The notes under the pieces were generated by a model. The model was given only the letters and a program-made list of their open reading frames with translations. It did no database searches and was not told where the DNA came from. This document shows positions 35,836-49,441 of a DNA stretch of 64,000 nt, piece after piece. The DNA is taken from positions 2,170,001 through 2,234,000 of the forward strand of contig NC_135256.1 of the NCBI RefSeq assembly GCF_964204865.1. The letters run 5' to 3'. Position 1 is the first letter of the stretch. Every line of letters begins with the position of its first letter. This stretch comes from Styela clava (lineage: Eukaryota). The position numbers and the translations under genes are program-made.

Positions 35836-36689
35836 AAAGCGAGGCCTGCCCAACCTTTGTAGCGAATTTATTGTAAACTGCTAACGTTTTTACTAAACTA
35901 AATACTAGCCAAGTTCTGACTCAAGTTAGAGTTTGCACAAAACGAGTTTAGTCACATAAAATCAATCAAGTCAATAATTACCATCGAATATTAGAATAGC
36001 AGTATACTATTCGAATTTTATAATGTGCTCTAATGTCGCAAGAGTTTTAACAAATTATTAGTGAGTCGTCTTTTTTATAATTAGAAACATCAATGCAAGT
36101 CCCTCTTGAAGTAAAGTTTTTAAAATTTTCGAACGGTTATGTTTTTTTAATATGTAGAAATGCCATTTTAACTGGCATTCTGTGACGACATTTCCGCAGT
36201 GTTTTAGCATACAAAGAACACGTTGAACTTGTTGTAGATGTAGTTTAATGTTATAGATATACACGGAGAACAAACGATGAAGACAACATTAGAACATAGA
36301 GAGACGAGACGACATAGAGACTTGACTTCCAAATACAAGACCTTTTTCAATACCTCCCCCTAAATATCGAATTGAAACCTTATATATATATATACCTATG
36401 CGCGTATGGTGATATCGATTCCATTAGGATTAGGGTTATCGATTCGGGTTGGAATACTAATTAGCATCTGGTGTCATCGATTCAATTATATTTTTGGTTG
36501 TCATCTGTTTGTCTAATTGCAACGGGCCCTATATCGATCCAATTCATGAATTTGGCGAAATTCGAAATTAGCAATTTCCAGTCTTTTCAATGTATTTTAC
36601 CTGAAATAACGAATTTATCCCTAAAGTGTCATGAATAGAGACATATTTATTCGGATGTCGATGGCCGGAACGATCTCACCAAAATTACG

Positions 36690-37850
36690 TGTAATATGAA
36701 AAAGCAAATTGATCCCGGAAAGAAGCCATAATATTGTGAGACATGTGGGAACAGCTTCGCGATGGCGTATAATTTGGGAGAGCACAAACAAACTGGATAC
36801 TGGGGAGAGACCTGAAAATGTGCAAAGAGCTCTTTGAGAGCATGTAGTTTAAAAAGGCTTATAATGATTTAAGAGAAAGGAAAGCCAAATTATTGTGGGA
36901 CATGTGAGATGAGCTTTTTCGAAGCGTGTAATATAATAAGACACACACTAATTCATAAAAAAGGGAAAGTCATATTGATGAGAAACATGTGGGAAGAGCT
37001 TTATGAGAGCGATTCATTTAAAAACGCATAAACAAATCCATACTGGCGTGGTGCTTTTCTAGAGCGCGTAATATGAAAGGATAAACACATGCTCACACTG
37101 AAGGAAAGCCCTATTTTCGTTAAGCATGTCAAAAATGATTCGCTATGGCGTGTAATTTGTGAGGGCATAAACAAAATAATTATGGGAAAAAAACAAATTC
37201 GTGTGAAACATGTTGGAAGAGATTGTCCATAACGTGCAATTTGAGAAGTCAATGTGCAAACTCATACTGGAAAAGAGACATTCTTGTTAAATTTGTATAA
37301 AAAGCTGCGTGACAGCATGTAACATTAACAAGAATATACAAACTTGAACTGGGAATGACCGTATTCTTGTTGAACATGTGGGATGAGCTTTTTTACAGCA
37401 TGAAATACAAAAAAGCGAACACATACTCATACTGCAAAAAAGCATTTTTGTGAAGCTCGTAGGTAGAGCTTTTTGAGAGCATTTATTTTTTAAATGTGGG
37501 AAGAGTAACAATTTTTAATTTGGAAAGGGCATATACAATTCATTCCGAACAGAGCCCTTATTATGATGAAACATGAAGCAAGAGATTCGAGATAGCATGA
37601 ATTTGAAAACACAAACTGGAGAGAGGCCTTATTTTCGTGAAGCATGTGAGAATAGATTCGCTATGGTGTGTAATATGGTAGAGCATAAACAAAGTTATAC
37701 TGGGAAGAGACCATATTCTTGTGAAAGATAAAGCAACAACTTCGAGATAGCATGTATTTGAAAATAAAAACACAAACTCATACTGGAGAAAGGCCTTATT
37801 TTCGTGAAGCATGTGAGAATAGATACGCTATGACGTCTAATATGGTAGAG
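36690..37850 (+). pseudogene. Decayed tandem C2H2 zinc-finger array
   Basis: Units of about 84 bp with HTGEKPY/CETCGKSF-like remnants (catactggagaaaggccttat, tgtgagacatgtgggaacagcttc); many stops and frameshifts. Confidence 0.8.
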
Positions 37851-38687
37851 CAAGGGCGTGCAACTGTTTAGCACAATGGGCCAAAAACTACAAGTATAGT
37901 CATACCGGGGGCCAGGCCATCGAACAAATCATCATTTGCTTATCCTGTCTTTTAAAAAAACTTCGATGTTTTCCGATAGATCGTCTATTCGCAAGACAGA
38001 CTATTTGCTCCACTAATATTTTCTTCTCTGAGGGTATATTTTAGAATAATATCTCCATACAATTTTCGATGAATTTACCATCTCTGTATGGCTTTCCTTT
38101 TTCGGCAATTGCTTCAGCTATCTTAAAGCTCAGTTTTGTAACTAACTTAGTGTCCTTCTTGTAACCATGAAATACCTCCCGTTGTTTGCTCAAAGACTTT
38201 TTCAATAGTTAGCTATCAAAGTGTTTTGAACAATAGTCATGACTGCTATAGGGCTTTGGCAAATCAGGCAAACTACATCTTGATTGTGTTGCACAATGAA
38301 GTACTTTACACGTCAATCATTGTTGAACTTTCATCTTTAATAATCAACTTTCCTTTTCTTACTGGTAGACATTTGAACTTTGTTAAACTTTTTCGTATAA
38401 TAACCTGCAACCATAAAGTGAGATCACGTACAACTGCCAGAACAAGGCAGTTTTTATTCAATGCACATAATGCTACAACAATGGAAGGTCGCCACAGAAC
38501 TGTGGACGGAATTGAATCTTAGTGTGAGGTAGTCTTATAGACTTATACTGTAGTCAAAAATGCCCATGATGCCGTTACAATTCCGAAAAAGTTTTTGAAT
38601 TATTAGGTTATGAAGTCTGTAGCGGGCCACGTAAATAGGTACCGCGGGCCGTGCTGTGGCCCGCGGGTCGTATGTTGCACGCCTCTG
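37851..38687 (-). mobile_element. Internally deleted hAT-Charlie/Buster element with N-terminal transposase remnant
   Basis: TIRs CAAGGGCGTGCAAC / GTTGCACGCCTCTG, nnnTAGAn flanks; - strand MSTSKKRKVD...VCLICQ...SFKIAEAIAEKGKPYRDGKFIENC. Confidence 0.8.
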
Positions 38688-39365
38688 GTCTAGACTCTAA
38701 GAGGTCGGTAACGTACAGCGCTCCAGGCCAGTTTGAAATAACCTTTTTCGGAAGTAACCTATGAAGTTGGAATTCGTGCTATCTATGTTCAGGGTTGGAA
38801 TAAATTAAAAATTTGGAAAAAAATCAAAGTATTTTCTCAAAATGAGATGCATACAACCGGTACAAGTTTGTGATGAGTGTGAAACAAGCAGGACACGGAG
38901 ACAATTAATTAATAGACATATAGTTTCATTAATATTTGCCCGGCTTACATATTCTGTAGAAGAACGCAAAAAAAAAAACCGATTCGCTGACGTGTTTATC
39001 TAATTCTAAACTGGTCATATGACTGCTACCAATATTAGCTGAGCAATAAAATATAGTTTTCAATGCGATTGGAATGTTTCACTTCGACAGCAGGCACGAT
39101 TACAATTGCCTGATCAGCTACAAACTACTATTAGTTGAATAGTGAGTACATCTCAGCACGGTAGTTTAACCTATGTATTTTTTTCCAATTGAGTACGTAT
39201 AAAGCTATTTAATGGACACAACAACTATAACTGGGTTACAAATATCAATCTGTATGTTACCGGTAATTCAGGATACACACTACAATAATTTCACTCGGCC
39301 ATACTTTCTCTACAATCAAAGTTTCTTCACTTTTAGACATTAAGGTTTCCCGGAATGGTTTAACA

Positions 39366-39815
39366 CAGGAGTGTGCAACCTTTTTTATTGGCGGGCCAAA
39401 TACAAGTAACTGGGTGAAGCCGCGGGCCGCACCTTTATTTAATTTAGGCTTTCTGGTAGTTGCAAGCACAAAAATTGCCTATATTTGCTATTGATCTTAC
39501 GGCATTATTAAGGGGTTTTGCAGAAATAGTAGATTTAAAACGCATAAACTTCTGAAGAAATTGCTATTTAAATTTTTTGTCACACCGACTTCAACAAATG
39601 CAGTGAGAAACACGTTTTTGTAATATAAATCGTGTATTTTGCAACATAATTTTGCTAGCTTGATTTGCTAATATGACTGGTATGGGATTTGCGACGAAAA
39701 AGAATAAATACTCGTTTTGCGGGTACACCATTCGAAATTGTTATTTCTCCGCGGGCCGCACAACTTTTTTTTGCGGGCCGCATTTGGCCCGCGGGCCGCA
39801 GTTTGCACACCCCTG
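39366..39815. mobile_element. hAT MITE
   Basis: TIRs CAGGAGTGTGCAA / TTGCACACCCCTG, gcgggccgc subterminal repeats; TSD degenerate. Confidence 0.75.
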
Positions 39816-40252
39816 GTAACATAAAGTCGGCAAGTCCACATGGACGATACATTCGCTACGAAACTAATGTTTTATTCCATGATTGCAGGTTATTAGACAC
39901 GTAAGTGGACCGACCCTTGGATCGTTTTGGTATTTTTGTTGTTGTGCTTGTTGTTATTTTTATTCATAATTACAATATCGCCTTTCTTCTCGAATACTGC
40001 ACCAGTTTCGAAAATTTCAGTGGTTAAAGATTGATTATTTTGCCAGAAGGGTATTACTTTTATTCATTTCCAAATTTTCTATGAGATCTGATATTTTATT
40101 CAAAATTTCGCTGTACTAACTTTCACGCATGGGAACACTGTTTTAAAACTTATTTCAAGCGTGATGGCTGATTTTAAAAATTCTTGCTACTTAAAACTTT
40201 TTGAGGGTACTGGTAACGTCAAAGCTAAGGACTGCTTTGCTATGGTCTACTT

Positions 40253-40723
40253 CAGGGGACGGGAAGCTTTTTGGTCAAGGGAGCCCTAAAATATACTCAT
40301 TTTCAGTTGCATTTCCGTGCCAACCATATAAGATTTATTCTCCTAATCAGGCCTGAAATGCTTACTCAAAAGTCAACACATATAATACCAATATACTTTC
40401 TAATTTGACTCCTGATGCTGCATGTTGTCGCTGTGGGCCTTCAACGGTTGCTCACATGCAGCTTGTGATGTCACAAAATATGTTCCTGAATCCCCTTGTT
40501 CTGTCACAATGCCTGTCTGGTAATTCTCTTACATAACTTAGGCATACGCTGGGCGCGCGTTCTCAAACGTATTGGGAATTTTCTGCCAAAATAGGCTATA
40601 AAAGAATTTGAAATCGCGTAACAATAGTAAGCTTAGTCTTAGAATAATAGTTTTTTCTGAGAGCCATATGCCGCCAACAAAAGAGCCATATATGGCTCGC
40701 GAGCCATAGGTTCCCGACCCCTG
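40253..40723. mobile_element. hAT MITE with perfect 8-bp TSD GTCTACTT
   Basis: TIRs CAGGGGACGGGAA / TTCCCGACCCCTG; TSD at 40245-40252 and 40724-40731. Confidence 0.9.
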
Positions 40724-41155
40724 GTCTACTTTTACATATATTTAAGCATTGCTCACTTGTTTTTTATATTAATATTCCGAAGCCCTCGTTCTACTATTTT
40801 ACATTAGACATTGCTTGATCACACAACTGTTCAAAAAATCCTATACCTACTAATCGTGCAACTTGGAATAGTTACAAAAAATTCTGGTACTACAGTGGGT
40901 GGATATATTAGGAGAATGAAAATTCAGGACTCTACTGTATCATCAAAAAGTCATTTCATGCTGTGGTCAAATTTGCTGTCGATGTTTTCAAAAATAAGTC
41001 GATTTCATGGAAACAGTGAAGGCCAAAAGTTCTCAAAACATTTACGTGCCAACGACCCTTTGAATGACCGAGTACAGTGTTTTCCCGAAAAATGAGACCT
41101 AGCCTGAATTTAAAAAATGATTTTAATATAAGCCCTCCCATTAAAATAAGACATA

Positions 41156-41418
41156 CCGTATTTTCTCGTTTTATAGCCCGGGCTCATATTTTTTTCAACC
41201 AACTCACTAACCGGGCCCTTATTCAAGAACGGGCGCTTGTTATTATCGATCGTTACAATAATTAATTAACACAATATATATATATATATTGTTATTTCCA
41301 GTTCTCAGGTATGTTTTAAACGAGAATAACAAAGATTTTGACTTTTTCTACGCACCGCAGGTACAAATCCGCAAAAGAAGAAAAGTTTTACGTCCGCCCT
41401 GATTTCGGAGAAACACGG
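41156..41418. mobile_element. Tc1/mariner-type MITE (TA flanks)
   Basis: TA|CCGTATTTTCTC...GAGAAACACGG|TA. Confidence 0.55.
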
Positions 41419-41592
41419 TATAGTCATTATAATTTTAAACGAAATATTTTTCTGGCATTGGAAAACAATGTAAATCTATTGAACAATTTATAGTGAATTT
41501 ATTTTAAATTAATGTCATCAGCACGAACCTCTTGGGAAGGCCTTTGGTAGTTTCCATCAGAAAACTGATACAACGTTCTCTACTCTCTAGGG

Positions 41593-43116
41593 CAGTGGTT
41601 CTCAACCTTTTTCAGTAAAAATTTCAGGTAAAATTTCAAAACAAATTTCGCGGACCGGCGGACCTTCAAAATTACCCAAAAATGTCATGAACACAAAACA
41701 TAATCAAAAGATTGCAATTACGACAAAAGTAGACGGTGCAAAATAATACAATCCAATTTAATAAGACGTAGTTGTTGTACCAAGTTAGGGTTAGGGAATA
41801 ATTTTATTCCAATTTTCCATATTTTAGTCTTATTACAAGTTCGACGACCAGTCAAGTGACTCCCGTAGTATTTGTATACCTGAAAATTATGGCCCAACCC
41901 AAACCTGGTACACATACTACTTTCTGGTGTCCGCCGTCTTGGCTCCCATACTTTGGAAGTTCCGATATTTTTTGTATTAAATAGGTTAAAGAAAAATGGA
42001 GGTAAAAACATGCCAAGCGCCTCTTATTCGCAATAAATCCTTTGAAACGCCACAAATGTCGTTGAAGGCCCATACACACCCTCTCAAGCCTTAGTTCACT
42101 GCGTCCGCAAAAGTGGTTGGCGCAGGAAGACGCAACCGATAGACATTACGTGAACGACCCTGCCGCAAAATCACCTTGCGAAAATTGAAATACGACCGAA
42201 TAAATGAATTTGTATAATTTTTAAAAACTTTATCACTTTAACCTTAAGAACAAAGTATGCTAAGCATAAACTAACCGAATAGTTTTAGCCGTAATAATGC
42301 CTTTATTTTATGAGAAAAAGATCAATAAATGAACTCGAAATCACTATTATGGGGTGATAAAAGATTAGTTTTGACATCATTGCATCAGAGGGGTCATACA
42401 ATTAGCATAGCCTGTCTCATCTTTTAAATCAGGTTGCCTTCGATGTAAGTACATTCTTCATTATCGTACGTACCGCACCTTGTTTTGCCGAAGGCTGCCC
42501 TTGATGAAATAGGTTTCATGATTTTTCTTACTTAAAACGTCTTTCTGGTATTTCGGATATATATTCCTGTTAAAATCGTATGGCTTTGACATAGATACAA
42601 ACTTGGCGGTATATGTACGCAATAGAAGTGAAATACAAAGCAAGAATTTTTACTTACATTTTTGAAAATATAATTTCGGCAGCTTATTATGCGGCTGATA
42701 GAACGCAACGTTCTGACGTAGTTTCAAGAAGATGCAAGTGGTATTTTGAAAAAAATAAAAATAAAGGGAAAAAATGATTTAAAACAAGCCATTGTTTCAA
42801 AACGGGATATTTTTTAGAATTGATAAAAACAAAACCATAACTGTGTGCTTTCAAACTCCTCCGTTATGACGTTAGCCGCCATTATGGGGTCATAGACTTT
42901 ACGAATATCCGGCCGTTCAGGATTTAAATGGCCAGATGTCTTCTCACTAAGTTCGGTTGTTAGACGAATACCGGTGCTACAAATACATAAGAGTTAAGAG
43001 TTAAATATCATAAAACTAACGGACACGCCGTCAATACTTTGTATTTTACAATTTGCTTATAATATATATAATAATATTGGCAAAATATTTGGCGGACCGG
43101 CGGTTGACAACCACTG
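41593..43116. mobile_element. Non-autonomous hAT-Charlie element with perfect 8-bp TSD CTCTAGGG
   Basis: TIRs CAGTGGTTCTCAACC / GGTTGACAACCACTG; TSD at 41585-41592 and 43117-43124. Confidence 0.9.
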
Positions 43117-43203
43117 CTCTAGGGAGTCATGGGCCCCAATTACAAAATCGAATACAGAAAATTAACGCATTTCATTCGCGCGATTCAATTCGAAATGTCT
43201 GAA

Positions 43204-43770
43204 GCAGAGGTCAGCAACTCTGTGCCTTCAAACTCCAAGTCGCCAGTAAGGACCACATGAGTCGCAGGTAGGTATGTTCTGAATTTATTCTAAACAACGG
43301 CGGCGTATATTAATTCTATTCTGTTTAAAACAGTTCCAATTATGACATCACACACACACACACACTGGGCAAGCTTGAGCCATGTGTAGCCCCCTTTAGT
43401 CCTTCCATGAACAAGTGCATCAAACATTGCTTAGCAATGTTCGCCCTGATGCTGATGAAGCTTGAAATTGTAACATTGCAAAATGACTACGGTCACGAAG
43501 CCTATCGGGGTGTGCCAATCTTTTGAGACCTAGTTGACACAGAAAGCTACAGTGGTATATGGACAGCAGCTTTGGAGGTCGCAAGCTTGTTTGGTTCAAT
43601 CTGTCTTTGTGAATCAGTCTAATCTGATACGAACTTCATCAGAAAACAAACACAGGACGACGAACATCTGCAAGACTCATTCTGAGTTACACATCAGAGT
43701 GCAGCACACTGGTGGAAAGGACATGCAATGCCAGCCTCGCTACAGACGAGGAACTAGCCATTTTTAATCC
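43204..43770 (+). mobile_element. hAT (GTF2IRD2/EPM2AIP1-like) transposase C-terminal remnant
   Basis: LEIVTLQND...VASLFGSICLCES...DEHLQDS fragments; CAGAGGTCAGCAAC-like end. Confidence 0.55.
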
Positions 43771-46575
43771 CGGTTAAAAATAGAGGTATTTATGATTAGT
43801 TGAAAATGTAACATTTGACAGTAGTACTAGGCTACTACTATCCTACTACTAAGTGCATTTTATTTTAGGCTTGTGCAAGGTGTTTGTTGAAAATACATGT
43901 ATATTGTGATTTCCTATGCCAGAGATGGGCAACCCCTGGAACGCGTGCCAAATTTGAAATATAAGTGTTTTTCATGGTAATTTATAATTCCTGATAATTT
44001 CAGGTAAAATCATCAAAACTATCAGTGTCTCCTTACGGCTGAATGACATTAATAGTATTAATAATTAAAGCTTGATAGAGAAAATCGGCTTTCGGAAGTG
44101 TGCATACAACTGGCAGTTCTGGCTTAATGACCCACTACATTTAACGCACGTAAAGAGGTTGATTAATCTGGCCAATCGCAAACACACTCGACTGTTTGCT
44201 AAAACATAACAATTTGCTAACAAAGTACCAGTGCTGGTGCATGAGATTTTAATGCCTCAAATTCATGAATATTATTAATACATCTTTGGTCTGTAAAAGT
44301 ATACTGCTCATACCCTATAACTCGAATTTATTGTTCGAACCCCCAGCACGGAAGTTAATATTATTCTTCATGCCAATATGGCTGAAACAAGAAGAAAAAA
44401 ATCAAATGGGTGACGTGATGAAAACTTTCTCTCAGTTCAAATAATTTTCAATTTTTGGTAATTTCAACTAGTAGTTATTATTGTAGTGCGTTATCTCAGT
44501 TTTTAGCTGCAACGGCCCCCATGAAATGAGTTATGTTTGAACAGATTGTCATTTATTTGAGTATTTCTCACACCAAATTCATTGAAATGTTTTATAACCA
44601 ACGCAATTGGTCTCATTACATTAATCCATCACAGTTATAAATGTACAATTTGACAAAACCCATATTTTGTTAGTTTATAGACTCCACGATTCAGGGCGGC
44701 AACTAAGGACAATTGTACGGGGAAAGTGGTCAAGACATTTTGTGATGCCTATCCACATCATGTGACGAATGTAAAAAGTAAGACTCTACGTGAGTAAGTC
44801 GGTTAGTAACAGGACTAACGGAGTTCAGAAATGTGACAAAATGTAACATTCGTCATATAGTTCTCATATAAGTCCGCACACATTTTGTAAATAAATTTCT
44901 ATACGCCCAAAATACATCATATGTATTCTTATCAAAGCGTTCGATAAACGGACTGACAATATACGCCATTAGCATGATTTTTTACAATACAAGACGTTTT
45001 CATGTTTACATTGAGTTTTATTATATTTGTTCGAGTCGCGGGAATAGGAAGACTCACGCAATAAATCGATAAAATGACGTGATCAACGCATTCGACTACC
45101 TATTGGATTGTTCTTAACACCACTGAGCAGTTTATAATACAACGGCGATGCTGGATTAGTTAGATATGTTCAGCTTATACCTCGTGGTTTGCCATTTATT
45201 ACGAATGTCAGATCAGCTTTTGAGTGTTCAACGTGGAGGCTGTTTGTTCAGTTTTTTGTTTGTTAATTCATCTGATCGAAATGTTTCGTCACAAGTTGGA
45301 TTATTAAAATAAAAGAACTTGTTTAAAGCCATGCGCATTTACAGATAAGGTGAATAGACTCATCTTCTGGCGCAAAGTTTCGAGCGCCCCTTGGAATGCC
45401 AAAGGCTACCGAAACTATATAGAATGAAGGTTGTGCGTTATGCGTCAGAAAATTCTCTGTGTGAAGAAGCAATAAAACCAAACACAACAGAAATTTAACG
45501 AATTTCAAAATCGGAAATTTGCCGCAATTACGCGTTCGTTAGAAGATCCGACTTTTTTGGTGTATAATCTAATGTACTTTTCTGTCGCATAGTATTTAAT
45601 CGATGACAACGACGAGTATTTAAAATGTCTTTCTATTTTAATTTAATTGTGCTCATGGTAACTAGCGGTTGCCATTTACTTGTCGACTTACGACAAGATA
45701 AAAGCATTAGTTTTTTATAATGCCACAGCAATCTGCAAACATAATAATGAGAGGATATATTGCGCGATTATATTCAGCTTTGATAGATATTTTTTGCGAT
45801 CTTGCGAATTTGTTATCGCCGTTAGAAAAAATCCTACTATCTGCTATAAATTTCCAGAATGTACAACTTGATTTAGTACTCATTAAAAATATATTTGAAG
45901 TATAAAAGTAAATCAAAAATACATATTCATCGCTTTGTTTGCTTCACTATTAATTTAGTTGTGATGATTTTAATCTGCAGTTTTCCGTCGGAAATCCGCA
46001 AGTGAGTTGTGAAATCCAATCGTTTGATCAGGCGACGCGTCACCTGTTACCAAATTTTCGAATAGTAAATTGCTGATCTGATAGTTGAGTTTTCGGATAT
46101 ATGCCCAGTCCTACTCCTCAACCAGTAATTATTGTCTCGAATTTTGTTATGTGAATAAATTTGTCTTTTATATGTTTTATGTAAATTCCAACTTAAATTG
46201 TAACTTGGCTGATAGTTAAGTTTCGCAAAACGTTTGCAGTCCGCAGTGAATTTCTGGCTTGTTGCGGACTCATCCAAACGCTCCGCGGACTCATTGGAGA
46301 CCGCGGACTCGGGTTGGGAAACACTGCAATAGATCAATAAGAGACTGTTTTCATTATGAAACAAATAAGATTAAATGTTCGAAAAAGGCGCGTTTAAAAA
46401 AAATGTAATTCACTAGATCTAAAACATTTTTTTTTCATGGACTCTGGGTTAGAACGCTTCCCGAACTGAATAGTCATATACGCGTCCTGGGCTTAGTAAA
46501 AAGAGTAAGATTTAGCTGTCAACAATCTAATTGCTCATTTACAAAGAGCGTTGTATTCAGAAATTCGACGTGCTT

Positions 46576-47037
46576 GTCTCATGAAATGTCATTTCACAAA
46601 CATGCACTTTCAGTTGGATAAGATTATTTCAAGAAAATGTCGTCTCATGAAATGTAAGTTCACAGAAATGCACTTTCAGCTGGATAAGATTATTTCAAGG
46701 CAATGTCGTCTCATGAAATGTAAGTTCACAAAAATGCACTTTCAGCTGGATCAGAATATTTCAAAGCAATGTTGTCTCATGAAATGTCAGTTCACTGAAA
46801 TGCACTTTCAGCTGGATCAGATAATTTCAAAGCAGTGCCGTCTCATGAAATGTCAGTTCACTGAAATGCACTTTCAGCTGGATCAGATAATTTCAAAGCA
46901 GTGCCGTCTCAGGAAATGCCAGTTCACTGAAATGAACTTTCAGCTGGATCAGATTACTTTGAAACAACGCCATCACACAAAATGTCAGTTCACAGAAATG
47001 TACTTTCAGTTGGATCAGATAATTTCAAAGCAGTGCA
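46576..47037 (+). repeat. Minisatellite, 7 x 66 bp, derived from a BTB-domain motif
   Basis: Unit starts recur every 66 nt (46581, 46647, 46713...); one frame reads SHEMSVHRN[AV]LSAGSDYFKAML. Confidence 0.9.
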
Positions 47038-48014
47038 TGCCTATTGCTGGAAACACGATGACGGTGAAGATATAACATCACTATCCTTTTATCACTACAA
47101 CTCACGTTGATCTCCCACATGACAATTCGAAGCGAAAGGGAAGAGCATACACACTAACCGCTAAAAACTATTGACAAAATCGAAGGACAGTTGAGGTCTG
47201 GAAAGACGTCGAAGAGGGCTTATGGCAATCTTCAGGCGAAAACAAGCATTTCACCCGATCAAGCTCGAATGCCTGTTGATAAACCAAGATACAGAAAACA
47301 GTGCGAAAACGTTCAACGATGTTAGTGACTGCCAGAAGATCCACTTGGAGATGGGCCTTCAGTAAATACATTTGGGGATATATTACCGATATGGACAGGT
47401 AAATGAAGGCAGGCTTCAGTGTGAAAAGCAAGCCATGGAGAATAGGGTCAAGCGGGAAGTAGACTGAACATTTATTCGATGTACGATTCTAATAATAACC
47501 ATGCTCTCCTAGTTACTGACAGCAATGGAACAAAATTTAGGAAATACCTTGTATGTCAATAGAATTACTTCGAGTATTTTAGGTGTCTTCATGCAGCGTA
47601 ATTAAATATATTCACTATCAAGCGTTAAATTCATGTATGTAAAGGTTTGTGTCGCACATTGTTATACGCCGTCAAATATAGAACCTATAGAAAGTTAGGC
47701 CAAATGAACATGATTGCAAAAGTATTGATTACTTTTAGTCAAAACTAGGTTGTCCGAGCACCCGAGGAATGTAAACTCGACCTATCAGATGGCCGGATTT
47801 CGCATGTGCAAAGGAGCTTTTAGAAGAGTGTCATTTTGAAAGAGATTTTTTGATTGCTTTGGGCACTAACAATTTCACCCGAATGTGCCACGAATAAACG
47901 TTCGACTTTGACACTTGCACATAATTCTGTACCAAAATTTAAATGTATATCATCAATTAATTGATGCTCATATTTATTCATTTCATTCCGTTGTAGATAT
48001 CATCCACAGCAAGT

Positions 48015-49441
48015 CGGGAGATTCCCAAACTTTTTGTACCATCGCCCCCCTACACTAGTTTATACAACTTCATCGCCCCCGGCACTGCAAAATAAAATTG
48101 AAAATCTGAAACGAATATATTATAACCAAATAAGAAGACAAATCATAGTTTATAGTGTTTTTTAATGAGATGGATGAGCTTGGTGTTCTTCGGCGAGTTT
48201 TTTATTACATCTAAAATTACCCCGTTTACTGATGGAAAGGCAATTTAGTTGTTTTGATAGCAATAGTTTCACGACTGAAAACCCCCTTTTCATCATATCA
48301 GAGGTCGGATATGGAAGAATCCAGGTTTCTACCTCCTCAAAAACCGCCGTGTACTCTTGCCTTATAGCATTTAACTCCCTAAATCCACCCCGTTTCACAT
48401 TAAAATAATGAAAACAAAATTAAATTTTCAAAACTTATAATAATGATTTAGGTACATGTCATTCATCCCTACGGCCTGACGACCTTCACCAAAATACATG
48501 ATATATACAGGGTCTTCGGTAAAATTCATCCCCCTCATCCTACCACGTCCTCCAGTCCGATCACCAGAGAAGAATATAGAATATAATAAAATTCAGTCTA
48601 AACGTGTCTCACGATAAATTCTGTTACGTAAAGAGAAATGTAATTTACTCCTCGAGCGTAGATAATAAATAAAATTAATTTATAGTTAAAACGTTCGGAT
48701 GTTTCCCCTGGGAAAGACTTCCTTCTTTACTTGGCCAATCAGCAAGATGCAAAAATAAATGTAACAATGCCACCTTTCGCATCCGCTCAGACACATCCTC
48801 ACTTAAACAGACTTTCAGGCGTGGTCGTGAACATTACCTCATTTTCGCGATTTTGAATTATATTCGTTAGTTTTTAGTTGTTTTTCGGAAATTTAAATAA
48901 AATAAGTCAATGAACACTTTGTCCTCCTAGGAGTTTAAGTTTAATTACAGTAATCAAAAATTAGTGTAGAAATAGCTGTGAAAGACTGGGCTAAAATTCT
49001 TTACTACCGGTACAACAGATTGTTGAATGGTATGAATTAGAATGATAATTTGAAACAAATACTTCATTTTATAGGCAACAACTCGCAAAACCACTCTTAA
49101 AATAAACACCGAAAATTTCAGAATGGGAAAAATTTGCGGGGTCAAAGGTCGGCGAAAGATCCATTTAGTGAAGCGTCCCGGGCCAGATTACTACAGATTT
49201 CCCGACCACTAGGATACGCAAACTACCGTACCTTACTGCGAAGACGAGTCCAGCAATCCTTTCGCGTCTGATATTCGCCCACGTGATTCAAACCTACGAA
49301 AGCACGCAGAGTACAGTAATCAAGTGCACGATGCGCCGACTAAAAACAGTTTTCGTGAAATCGCCCCCTTCGACTTTTTTGCCCCCCTCTGTATCGTTTT
49401 CGCCCACCGGGGGGCGATATCGCCCACTTTGGGAATCACTG
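48015..49441 (-). mobile_element. hAT-Buster/Charlie (SCAND3/ZBED-like) deleted element
   Basis: Ends gattcccaaa...tttgggaatcactg followed by ttctagaa; ORF 48162..48398 PYPTSDMMKRGFS...HQAHPSH is the typical C-terminus. Confidence 0.8.

Noticed and set aside
37001-37812. Minus-strand ORFs of 74-83 aa
   Set aside because: Antisense shadows of the decayed zinc-finger array.
46576-47037. CRISPR-like array
   Set aside because: Units are contiguous with no unique spacers, there are no cas genes, and the context is eukaryotic.
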